Counted from the stretch's first letter, positions 48,161 through 58,262 are shown. The stretch: 64,000 nucleotides of DNA from Vicinamibacteria bacterium (GCA_963668695.2 CAXXLQ010000004.1:928001-992000); one strand, 5' to 3'. A program made the numbers and translations. Notes: generated by a model from the letters alone, not told the origin.

Positions 48161-51030
48161 CTAGTGCGACATGTCCAGCCAGCCGACACCGCTAGTGCGA
48201 CATGTTCCCCCGACAGATCCCGCTATTGCGACATGTTCGGCTTCAGCAGATCCGGCTAGTGCAACATGTTCCTCCGCCAGATCCCGCTATTGCGACATGT
48301 TCGGCTTCAGCAGATCCCGCTAGAGCGACATGTTCCCCCGCCAGATCCCGCTATTGCGACATGTTCGGCTTCAGCAGATCCCGCTAGAGCGACATGTTCC
48401 CCCGCCAGATCCCGCTACTGCGACATGTTCGACCCCAGCAGATCCTGCTAGGGCGACATGTTCCCCCGCCAGATCCCGCTACTGCGACATGTTCGACCCC
48501 AGCCGACCCCGCTAGAGCGACATGTTCCCCCGCCAGATCCCGCTACTGCGACATGTTCGACCCCAGCCGACCCCGCTAGAGCGACATGTTCCCCCGCTAG
48601 AACCCGCTACTGCGACATGTTCGACCCAGCCGACCCCGCTAGAGCGACATGTTCCCCCGCCAGATCCCGCTACTGCGACATGTTCGACCCCAGCCGACCC
48701 CGCTAGAGCGACATGTTCCCCCGCCAGATCCCGCTATTGCGACATGTTCGGCTTCAGCAGATCCCGCTAGTGCGACATGTTCCCCCGCCAGATCCCGCTA
48801 TTGCGACATGTTCGGCTTCGGCCGACCCCGCTAGTGCGACATGTTCCCCCGCCAGATCCCGCTATTGCGACATGCGACATGTTCGACATGTTCCCCCGCC
48901 AGATCCCGCTATTGCGATGTTCGGCTTCGGCCGACCCCGCTAGTGCGACATGTTCCCCCGCCAGATCCCGCTACTGCGACATGTTCGACCCCAGCCGACC
49001 CCGCTAGTGCGACATGTTCCCCCGCCAGATCCCGCTACTGCGACATGTTCGACCCCGGCCGACCCCGCTAATGCGACATGTTCCCCCGCCAGATCCCGCT
49101 ATTGCGACATGTTCGGCTTCAGCAGATCCCGCTAGTGCGACATGTTCCCCCGCCAGATCCCGCTATTGCGACATGTTCGGCTTCGGCCGACCCCGCTAGT
49201 GCGACATGTTTCCCGCCAGATCCCGCTATTGCGACATGTTCGGCCAGCAGATCCCGCTAGAGCGACATGTTCCCCCGCCAGATCCCGCTACTGCGACATG
49301 TTCGACCCCAGCCGACCCCGCTAGTGCGACATGTTCCCCCGCCAGATCCCGCTACTGCGACATGTTCGACCCCAGCCGACCCCGCTAGAGCGACATGTTC
49401 CCCCGCCAGATCCCGCTACTGCGACATGTTCGACCCCAGCCGATCCCGCTAGAGCGACATGTTCCCCCGCCAGATCCCGCTACTGCGACATGTTCGACCC
49501 CCAGATCCCGCCGATGTTCCCCCGCTAGCTACTGCGACATGTTCGACCCAGCCGATCCCTAGTGCGACATGTTCCTCCGCCAGTCCCGTTACTGCGACAT
49601 GTTCCCAGCCAACCGACCCCGCTAGTGCGACATGTTCCCCCGCCAGATCCCGCTAGTGCGACATGTTCCCCCGCCGATCCCGCTAGTGCGACATGTTCCC
49701 CCGCCAGATCCCGCTAGTGCGACATGTTCCCCCGCCAGATCCCGCTAGTGCGACATGTTCGGCTTCAGCAGATCCCGCTAGTGCGACATGTTCGACATGT
49801 TCAGCCGACCCCGCTAGAGCGACATGTTCCCCCGCCAGATCCCGCTACTGCGACATGTTCGACCCCAGCCGATCCCGCTAGAGCGACATGTTCCCCCGCC
49901 AGATCCCGCTACTGCGACATGTTCGACCCCAGCCGACCCCGCTAGAGCGACATGTTCCCCCGCCAGATCCCGCTACTGCGACATGTTCGACCCCAGCCGA
50001 CCCCGCTAGTGCGACATGTTCCCCCGCCAGATCCCGCTACTGCGACATGTTCGACCCAGCCCCGCTAGTGCGACATGTTCGACCCCAGCCGACCCCGCTA
50101 GTGCGACATGTTCCCCCGCCAGATCCCGCTAGTGCGACATGTTCGACAGATCCCGCTAGTGCGACATGTTCCCCCGACAGATCCCGTTGCGACATGTTCG
50201 ACCCCAGCCGACCCCGCTAGAGCGACATGTTCCCCCGCCAGATCCCGCTACTGCGACATGTTCGACCCCAGCCGACCCCGCTAGTGCGACATGTTCCCCC
50301 GCCAGATCCCGCTACTGCGACATGTTCGACCCCAGCCGACCCCGCTACTGCGACATGTTCCCCCGCCAGATCCCGCTACTGCGACATGTTCGACCCCAGC
50401 CGACCCCGCTAGAGCGACATGTTCCCCCGCCAGATCCCGCTAATGCGACATGTTCGCCTCCAGCCGACTGCGACATGTTCGCCAGATCCCCTACTGCGAC
50501 CGAGCCCCGCTAGAGCGACATGTTCCCCCGCCAGATCCCGCTAGTGTGCGACATGTTCCCCCGCCAGATCCGGCTAGTGCGACATGTTCCCGGCCAGCCG
50601 ACCCCGCTAGTGCGACATGTTCCCCCGCCAGACCCGGCTAGTGCGACATGTTCCGCCCACCGACCCCGCTGCGACATGTTCCCCCGAGATCCCGCTACTG
50701 CGACATGGACCCCGGGAACCCCTGCGAATTCCCCCGCTCCCGAGAGCGATCCCGCTAGTGCGACATGTTCCCCCGCCAGATCCCGCTACTGCGACATGTT
50801 CCCCCGGCAGATCCCGCTAGAGCGACATGTTCCCCCGCCAGATCCCGCTATTGCGACATGTTCGACCCCAGCCGACCCCGCTAGAGCGACATGTTCCCCC
50901 GCCAGATCCCGCTACTGCGACATGTTCGACCCCAGCCGACCCCGCTAGTGCGACATGTTCCCCCGCCAGATCCCGCTACTGCGACATGTTCCCCCGCCAG
51001 ATCCCGCTAGAGCGACATGTTCCCCCCGAC
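48161..51030. repeat. Satellite array of about 90 units (family 2): alternating 31-bp and 33-bp units, 64-bp higher-order period
   Basis: A = GCGACATGTTCCCCCGCCAGATCCCGCTACT, B = GCGACATGTTCGACCCCAGCCGACCCCGCTAGA; spurious ORF starts recur every 64 bp. Confidence 0.97.
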
Positions 51031-51176
51031 AGGCCCGAAACGCGCCAGCGAGCCGAGAGCGGGAAGAAGGCCCAGAAGGGGTGGCAACAAATGGCAGTCC
51101 TCCAGGGCAGACTCCTCGACACCGCGAAGTCCAGAGTGCCCCGCCCTTCCCCGTTCGCCGCCGGCCCCGCCGGACG

Positions 51177-52025
51177 GTGGCTGAGAACGTGCGCCACATC
51201 TGTGGCATTTCGGGGGGCAAGGACTCCAGCGCGCTCGCCCTCTATCTGCGCGGCAAGGTGCCGGACATGGAGTACTTCTTCTGCGACACCGGCGCGGAGC
51301 TCCCTGAGACCTACGAGTACCTGACCCGGCTCGAAGTGTTGCTCGGCCGCCCGATCGTCCGCCTGAACGCCGAACGGGGCTTCGACCATTGGTTCGAGGT
51401 GTTCCGCGGCGCGCTGCCCTCGCCCCAGATGCGCTGGTGCACCCGCAACATGAAGATCAAGCCGATCGAGGCGTGGATCGGGGACGAACCGGCGGTGTCC
51501 TACGTGGCGATCCGCGCCGACGAGGCGAACCGCAAGGGGTACATCTCCACGAAGCCGAACATCAAGAGCCGCTTCCCGTTCGTCGAGGACGGGGTTGACC
51601 GGGACGGCGTGATGCGGATCCTGGAGGACGCCGGGATCGGCCTTCCGAGCTACTACGAGTGGCGTACCCGGTCGGGGTGCTACTTCTGCTTCTACCAGCG
51701 CAAGGCGGAGTGGGTCGGCCTCGCGGACCGCCACCCAGACCTCTTCGAGCGTGCGGTGGCGATTGAGCAGAAGGTGCTGCAGGACGCCGGGGTTGCGGGG
51801 GACGCGGATTTCGGGGATCAGGCGATGCGGGGTCGGAACTACACCTGGTCCGGCGGCGAAAGCCTCCCCCAACTCCACGCCCGCCGGGACGAAATCCTCC
51901 GGAAGCATCATGACTCGCTGTCGCGCTCCCGGCGATCACGGCAGAACGTCCCGCTTCTCGAAGTGCTGGGGGACGCTCTCGACGAGGACGACGACACCAC
52001 GCCGTGCACCGTCTGCGCGCTGTAG
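51177..52025 (+). CDS. PAPS-reductase family protein, SspD/DndC-like (DNA phosphorothioation-associated type)
   Basis: ISGGKDS PP-loop, CDTGAELPETY, RWCTRNMKIKP, IRADE, RSGCYFCFYQ, terminal CxxC; GTG start inferred. Confidence 0.85.
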   Translation: MAENVRHICGISGGKDSSALALYLRGKVPDMEYFFCDTGAELPETYEYLTRLEVLLGRPIVRLNAERGFDHWFEVFRGALPSPQMRWCTRNMKIKPIEAWIGDEPAVSYVAIRADEANRKGYISTKPNIKSRFPFVEDGVDRDGVMRILEDAGIGLPSYYEWRTRSGCYFCFYQRKAEWVGLADRHPDLFERAVAIEQKVLQDAGVAGDADFGDQAMRGRNYTWSGGESLPQLHARRDEILRKHHDSLSRSRRSRQNVPLLEVLGDALDEDDDTTPCTVCAL

Positions 52026-52057
52026 CAGCGGCTGGTTCGGCCAGGCGCCGTTTCGAT

Positions 52058-53793
52058 TCAGACGTAGGGCGTGCCGCTCCATTCCGGAACCTGCTGGTTC
52101 TGTTGCAGCCGTAGCCGCTGCAGATTCAAGGCGGAAAAGCAGCCATCAAGATCGGTATCCGTCGGTGGGATGCCCGGCAAGCTGACCGCCGCCTCCAGCA
52201 TGAACCGCTCGGCCAGCGGGTGGTGCGGGTCCGCCCGGTACGCATCGCGCCACCAGCCGACGATCCGACCCTCAGCAGCCCGAAGCAGCCGGTCGGACGG
52301 CAACCGGTTCCGCTTCTGGCGCTGATTGACTGTTCGATCCGCGGGCAGGAGGTTCCAGAGATCTCCGCAGGGCCACACCGACCACGGAAAACAGTGGTCG
52401 ATGTCGAGCTTGTCCACGGACAGGCGCTTGCCACTCCATACGCAATGGAGCGGCTGCTCGGTGAGCAACCGCTCGGCCCGTTCCCGTGCAATGCCCACGT
52501 CCCGTTTGGGATCCTCCCAGGTCATGGCGTCAGAGAGCCGGGCAGTATCGAGCAGGCGTCCTTGGCTCTCCGCGTAGGATCGGGTCACCCGAGCCCATTC
52601 GGCGATGATGGCGGGCTCGATCCAGGCGGCGAAGCGTTGCGCCGCCAACCACAGGTGGGTTGGCACCCGCATCGTGCCGAAGCTGGCGAGATACGGCTCA
52701 TCCAGCCGCGCGGCGCCCGGATAACGCCCGGCCCCGACGGCGCACACGCGAAGAATCGGATTCGTCCCGCTGGGATACGTCATGTAGTGCGCCGGCATTC
52801 TGCGGATCGTTTGGACGGCATCCTTGAGCGCCTGATGAAGCGCCCCGCCGCTGTCGCCGCTGAGCCGTAAGCCCACGCGCAGATCGCGATGCGACAGGTC
52901 TGTGAGCCGTCCCAGCGCCTCCTTGGCGAAACCGAGTTGCTCGCCACCACGCCGGTTCTGTGGGCTCTGGGGCATGTTCGCCGCCAGCAGCGGCTTGTAG
53001 AGCCGAATCCACGTCAGCGCCACCAGGCCCATCGGGACCGCGACGTACTCTTCGTCCGTGGACGACGCGAGCCCGCCCGCGCCGTCCGCAATGCGGCAGA
53101 GCACGCGGAGCAGCCCGAGTTTGTAGGTGGAGTTCTTGTCATCGTTCAGGATGACGTGGCGCAGCAGCGGCAGAGCGCCGGTGCCGTCGTCCGGCAGCCG
53201 GACCGCCAGTTGTTGCCAGCGGATCTCGCTGCGGCCGAGATAGTCCTCGGCCGTGACCTCCCGCTCGACGAACGCGCCGTGGTCACGGGCCAGGCTCTTG
53301 ATCTCCCCGACGGAAACGGGATGGCTGCCGCGTTGTCCCTCGGAAGGGCCGCAGCGCAGTGTGATGGCCAAGACGCCGCCCGGCTTGAGCAGCGTAATCA
53401 GTTTCCTGAACGCCCTCGCCCGGTCCGATGCGGCGACGTGCATCCAGACCGCGCTGACCAGGATGACGTCGAAGGCGAGGCCCGTCCGGAACGTGCGTTT
53501 GAGACCGGGCAGCGAGTCGGAGATCCACTGGATGCGAGGAACATCATGCTGTTCGCGCGCCATCGTCCGGAGTCTGGAGGACGGTTCGACCGCGACGACA
53601 TTGTGGCCTTTGTAGGCCAACCATGCCGCGTCGCGACCGCTGCCCGCGCCGATGTCGAGGACGGTCGCAGGCTGCGAGGGCAGCAGGTCCGTCAGCCAGC
53701 CGTGCCTTCCGGTACGCGCTCTGGGGAGACAGCCTCGTAGCGATCCGCCAGCGTCTCCGCGTGCGTGTTGTACCAGGCGATCTCGTCGGACAC
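52058..53793 (-). pseudogene. Class I SAM methyltransferase - HNH nuclease fusion, frameshifted near codon 28
   Basis: LDIGAGSGRDA, SAVWMH, TYKLGLLR, CVWSG, DIDHCFPW, WNLLP; the N-terminus VSDEIAWY...ERV is out of frame by the 8 bases at 53705-53712. Confidence 0.82.
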
Positions 53794-53942
53794 TGTCCCA
53801 TTCTGGCGGCCCGCGCCGTCGCTGCCGAGCGGCGACCGGCCCCCGCGACATGGTACGTCCGCGGCCGGGCGATGGCGTTCCCGAGCCCTCACGCCACGGT
53901 GCCGGTCGGAAGGCGGGCGTCTGCCCGGCTGGCTACCTCCCG

Positions 53943-54959
53943 TCAGGAATCATCGGACTCCCGCAGCCGGCGGAAGAAGTCAGCCACGCTCGCGGCGGTC
54001 AAGGCAGCCGCCGCCACCGCGCCCGGCGACGCGCAGCCGAGCAACTTCCGATCCGTGGCGGAAAGGTCCGCCGGAAATGCAGCGGAAATCGCGAGGCCGC
54101 GGCGCACCAGCAGTTCGCACGCCGTCGCGGCAGTCACCTCGGCGCGCGCCTCGGCGCGCTGCTCCCGCAAGAGTGGGTCGTCCTCCGGGCCCGTCCCCTC
54201 CCGCAACCCGAGCGCCCGACCCACGCGAGACGCCAGCGCCGCCGTCTCCGGGGACGACCCCCGCTCGTTCAGCACCCGGTGCGCCTCCTCCGCCCTGAGT
54301 CCCGGAAACGCCCGGCTCTTCCCGGTCTCCCGATACTCCCCCGCCTCCAGTACATAGATCGTCAGCCCCGGCCGCCGACCCCGGGGGCGACTTGGCGAAT
54401 ACGCCTCCGGAACCTCCACCCACAGCTCCGGGAACCCCCAGTCCGCATACACCAGCAACTTGTTCCGCCGCACGTCCGTCGTGTTATCCACTTCCAGCAC
54501 CACGTCCGGGTGTTCCTGATCCGCCGCCCACTCGTATTTCGATCCGATCCGCTCCTGGCGCTCCGGGTCGAGGAACACCATCTCGTCCGGGTGCATCGCC
54601 CGCACCTGCGCCCGGTCCGCATCCAGCAGATCCAGCCCCGCCGCGCCTCCCAGCATGATCGGTGAACCCCGCACCATGGCGACCCGCTCCACGAACTTGC
54701 GGAACATGGTGAGCGGATCCTCGTGCGGCGCCTTGGCGGCCTCCGCCACCCGCCAGGCGCGCGCCACCTCGGCATCGAACAGCTCGACCTTTCCGTCGTC
54801 GTCGAGCGCCCGATATTCGGCGAGCGTCATGCGGCACGACACGCAGCCGATGAACTCCAGCGCCGACGTCGGCCGCCAGCGTCCCTCCGACCGCTTTCTC
54901 TCCGCCGTCGGGAGAAGTGCTTCCGCCACTCCCGGCCCCACCCCCACGCCGTTCGCCAT
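53943..54959 (-). CDS. Uma2/DUF820-family PD-(D/E)xK endonuclease-like protein
   Basis: MHPDEM, PDVVLEVD, KLLVYADWGFPELW, SRAFPG. Confidence 0.8.
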   Translation of the reverse strand: MANGVGVGPGVAEALLPTAERKRSEGRWRPTSALEFIGCVSCRMTLAEYRALDDDGKVELFDAEVARAWRVAEAAKAPHEDPLTMFRKFVERVAMVRGSPIMLGGAAGLDLLDADRAQVRAMHPDEMVFLDPERQERIGSKYEWAADQEHPDVVLEVDNTTDVRRNKLLVYADWGFPELWVEVPEAYSPSRPRGRRPGLTIYVLEAGEYRETGKSRAFPGLRAEEAHRVLNERGSSPETAALASRVGRALGLREGTGPEDDPLLREQRAEARAEVTAATACELLVRRGLAISAAFPADLSATDRKLLGCASPGAVAAAALTAASVADFFRRLRESDDS

Positions 54960-55097
54960 CTTCGGAGTCTAAACCCCGGGCGGCCGGCTGGCGCGGGGGT
55001 CGGCGCCGGGCCAGGCCGGGCGGCACGGCGGCCCCTGCCGCCGTGACACGACCCCCGAGGAAGGCGGATAATCCCGCGTTCCCTGGGGAGCACCTTC

Positions 55098-55685
55098 ATG
55101 AGCGCATACTTCGACCTCCGGTCCGAACTCTTCCACCGCGCTTTCAGAGACGCCCTGCCTTACCGCGAATACCTCGCAACCGGGAACAGTCGCGAAGCGG
55201 CAGCCTGGGCGCGGGCCGACGCGGCGCTGCCGGCGCTCCCGCACGACGCGCATACCCGCCTCGATCCGGCCGGCCGGATCGTGAACACGCTGTGTCTCAG
55301 TGGCATCTGGTGCGGGGACTGCGTTCGGTCGGTCCCGATCGTGGCCCGGCTCGCCGAGGCGGCAGGACCGCCTCTAGATCTCCGCTTCGTGGATCGGGAC
55401 GCCATTCCGGAACTTCGGGACGACCTCCGCGTTCTGGGAGCGATGCGGGTTCCGATGGTCCTTTTCCTGACCGAGGATTTCCACGAGATCGGTCGCTACG
55501 GGGACCGGCCGCTGAGCGTGTACCGGGAGAAGGCGGCGACGGAACTCGGGGCCGCCTGTCCATTGCCCGGGTCGGCGGACGGCGGGGCGCTGGCCGCCGA
55601 GACTGCCGAGTGGCTGGATGTGTTCGAGCGGATGATCCTGATGGCGCGGCTGGCGCCGCCGCTGAGGGCGCGGCACGGGGATTGA
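55098..55685 (+). CDS. Thioredoxin-like protein (Thioredoxin_9 type)
   Basis: WCGDC, RFVDRD, RVP cis-Pro loop, GDRP. Confidence 0.9.
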   Translation: MSAYFDLRSELFHRAFRDALPYREYLATGNSREAAAWARADAALPALPHDAHTRLDPAGRIVNTLCLSGIWCGDCVRSVPIVARLAEAAGPPLDLRFVDRDAIPELRDDLRVLGAMRVPMVLFLTEDFHEIGRYGDRPLSVYREKAATELGAACPLPGSADGGALAAETAEWLDVFERMILMARLAPPLRARHGD

Positions 55686-55689
55686 GGGT

Positions 55690-56110
55690 GGAGAGGGGCT
55701 TCGGAAGATCTGGGAAAAACGGCTCGTCCGACCGCCGCCAGAAGCTCCGGGCGATTCGGGTCGCCGCCTCCTACTCCTTCCCAACCGCCGACATTGATCA
55801 GATGCTCGCCGAGATCGAAGCGGGGCGGAGCTCGGAGTGACTGCCGAACAGCTTTCGTGGATTCCAACATCCCGATGTACCCGATCGGAAGCTCCCACCC
55901 CTACCGGGACGAGGCCCGGCGGGCGCTGGAGACGCTCGCGCTGGCCGGCGAGAGGCTGTTGACCACCGTGGAGGTGGTCCCGGAGATCCTCCACCGTTAT
56001 TCCGCGATCCGCCGCCACGAGGCGATCCACCCGGCGTTTCCAAGCGATGCTCGATCTCGTGGACGAGGTGTTTCCCGTCACTCTCGGGGATGCGCTCCGG
56101 GCTCCCAATC
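55690..56110 (+). pseudogene. Decayed antitoxin-PIN toxin pair
   Basis: Antitoxin tail FPTADIDQMLAEIEAG with no start; PIN FVDSNIPMY...EVVPEILHRY with frameshifts, truncated by a thioredoxin fragment. Confidence 0.7.
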
Positions 56111-56118
56111 GCTCCCGG

Positions 56119-56360
56119 GCGCGACTCGATCCGGCTGGCCGCATCGTGAACGTTGCTCTGTCTGAGCGGCATCTGGTGCGGAGATTGTGTCCGCTCCGTC
56201 CGGATCGTGGCCCGGTTGTCCGAGGCGGCGGGACCGCCGATCGAATCGCGCGTTGTGGACCGGGACGCGCTCCCGGACCTTCGGGACGAACGCCGCGTTG
56301 TGGGAGCCACGCGGTTCCGATCGCGGTCTGCCTCACCGAGGACTTCCACGATATCGGCCG
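56119..56360 (+). pseudogene. Thioredoxin gene fragment (central part)
   Basis: RLDPAGRIVNV-LCLSGIWCGDCVRSV...LTEDFHDIGR paralogous to 55258-55496, with indels. Confidence 0.85.
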
Positions 56361-56510
56361 CCAATCCCCGCTAACCTTCCGCTAACCCGGTTATCTCATA
56401 CTCGAGCGTTGGGAAGGGGCTTTGTATCAACGACTTAGACTCTTTGGCCGGTGAAACTTCGGGTTAGAGAGGCGCTGAACGCGTTCTCCGGCCGCGATAC
56501 TTTCCGGCGG

Positions 56511-56831
56511 ATGGGAACACTGCTTGCCACCGTGATGCTCAGCGTCAGCATGGGTGTTCAATCCGCTTACGTGCCGGAGTTTTGGACCGTGGCCTGTAGG
56601 GACAAGGAGTTTATGGAGGATCTTGTGAACGCGTACAGAGACCGAGACACGGAGGCCGTCGAGATTGCCATAATGGCGGCGCTACTCTCGGACGAATGCG
56701 TAGAGATTGAAAAGGGCCAGCGGGTTTCTGTCCATGACGTTGGGTTCTTCTCGCCGCTGCATGAGATTCGGATCCGTGGGCAACTCGGCCGGTATTACGT
56801 AATCGCCGGGCTCTTCGAACGGGTGCGCTAG
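56511..56831 (+). CDS. Small secreted hypothetical protein
   Basis: Signal-like N-terminus, two Cys, SH3-like strand pattern; lower GC. Confidence 0.6.
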   Translation: MGTLLATVMLSVSMGVQSAYVPEFWTVACRDKEFMEDLVNAYRDRDTEAVEIAIMAALLSDECVEIEKGQRVSVHDVGFFSPLHEIRIRGQLGRYYVIAGLFERVR

Positions 56832-57257
56832 CCCAATGGGGTGGAAACCGTGCTACTCCGAACCGAGGCGCTCGCGGTAGCGACGGCCACAGCCCACCGG
56901 ATGAGGCGCTTCGAGAGGCGGCCGAACGACTGCAAAACGCCGCGGCCGCCGGCTCGACCTCCGGTCGCAGACTCCGTCTGCCGGCCCCCGTCTGCCGGCC
57001 TGCGGTCCGGCCGATAACCGCGTCCGATTTGGCCCGCGACCGCTCGTGGTCGGGAGTACCGCGAAGATTTCCTCGGGAAGAGAGCCCCAGCGACTGTTGA
57101 CTGACCTCCCCCAAGCGAGGTCGCCGGTCCTCGCCGGCGCACGGCGTCTTCGCACCGACTTTTCCACATTGTCCCTGGAGGTGAGAAGGAACCTGCCCGA
57201 ATTCCGTCGATAGCAGCAGAGGAAGACATCGCGCCTTCCGACGACCACCGACAAGGA

Positions 57258-57812
57258 ATGCCCGACGCCGCGCCGCAACCGCCCGCCCCTGCACCGCCCC
57301 GAAAGTCGTCTCCACCACCGGGGGACCCCTCGCCCCCCGGTCCCGAAACGGCGACCCCGAAACCGGCCGAGGAAGGCGCCCTCTTCCGCGCCCTCGTGGA
57401 CGCAGGAGCCGACGCGGTGGTCGCCTATACTGCGGATCGGCGAACGCAGACCATGACCTCGGAGACCGTCGCCACGCAGCTTCAGCCGTTCGTGGTGGAG
57501 ATGCGCCAACTGTTCGCTGCCCAGGAACGGCGATTCATCGAACGATTCGACGAACAAGACCGCAAGCTGGACGCCCTAGCCGGGCGCGTGGACGCCCTGG
57601 CCGGGCGCATGGACGCCCTCACCTCCCGCGTCGACGTCCTCACCTCCCGCGTCGACGTCCTCACCTCCCGCGTCGACGCCCTCACCACCGGTCTGGACGT
57701 CCTCACCGTTCGCGTGGACGGGCTGAAGGTGCTGGGGCAGATCGTTCTCGGCGCCCTGGCCCTCCTGGTCACGGTGCTGATCGCGGTGTTCGGCTTCCTG
57801 TTCACCACCTGA
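57258..57812 (+). CDS. Coiled-coil protein with heptad (21-bp) repeats and C-terminal TM anchor
   Basis: (VDALAGR/VDVLTSR)n repeats and hydrophobic tail; RBS AAGGA. Confidence 0.8.
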   Translation: MPDAAPQPPAPAPPRKSSPPPGDPSPPGPETATPKPAEEGALFRALVDAGADAVVAYTADRRTQTMTSETVATQLQPFVVEMRQLFAAQERRFIERFDEQDRKLDALAGRVDALAGRMDALTSRVDVLTSRVDVLTSRVDALTTGLDVLTVRVDGLKVLGQIVLGALALLVTVLIAVFGFLFTT

Positions 57813-57920
57813 ACACCTTCGCAGCCTGCGGGACGCCGCTGACAGGCAGCCGACCTGGTTCCGGCGGAACCGAGGGGGCCCGGCGCTACGGGTGTGGCGG
57901 AATCTAGAATCCCGGGTTCC

Positions 57921-58119
57921 ATGTCCTCGCCGTGCTTCGACCGACGGCTTCAGCTCTTTCGGCAGGCCTTTCGGGACGCCGTCCCCAACCCCGAAGACCT
58001 CGCTGACGGGAACGACCGAGACCGGGTTGCCCGGGCACGGGCGGCGGCGGCGCTTCCGGCGCGCCCGGGCGCGACTCGATCCGGCTGGCCGCATCGTGAA
58101 CGTGCTCTGCCTCAGCGGC
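57921..58119 (+). pseudogene. Thioredoxin gene fragment (5' part)
   Basis: MSSPCFDRRLQLFRQAFRDAVP parallels MSAYFDLRSELFHRAFRDALP; ends at VLCLSG. Confidence 0.8.
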
Positions 58120-58169
58120 GTTTCCCTGGCCGGCGGAACCATCTGGGCAGACAGCATTACGCCTTTCAC

Positions 58170-58252
58170 CGCGCTCCGCGCCGCAGTGCCGACCGGAGGT
58201 CGGCGTTCCAAGCCCTCCGCGCCACCTTGCCGGTCTGAAGACCGGCGTTCCC
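58170..58252. repeat. Two REP-like units without the 19-bp module
   Basis: GTGCCGACCGGAGGTCGGCGTTCC and GCCGGTCTGAAGACCGGCGTTCCC. Confidence 0.8.
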
Positions 58253-58262
58253 TGAACAACTG

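Noticed and set aside
47841-51030. CRISPR or other guide-RNA array
   Set aside because: Segments between the conserved cores are themselves repeated, not unique spacers, and no cas-like or other effector gene is recognisable nearby.
47432-51324. Many short ORFs (MFPRQIPLLRH..., MRQFRDRS...) in the array, and the 74-codon N-terminal extension of the PAPS reductase ORF
   Set aside because: They are by-products of a 32/64-bp period that cycles through frames; no RBS or protein-like composition.
55098-58119. Diversity-generating retroelement template/variable repeats in the thioredoxin copies
   Set aside because: Differences include indels and are not adenine-specific; no reverse transcriptase in the window.
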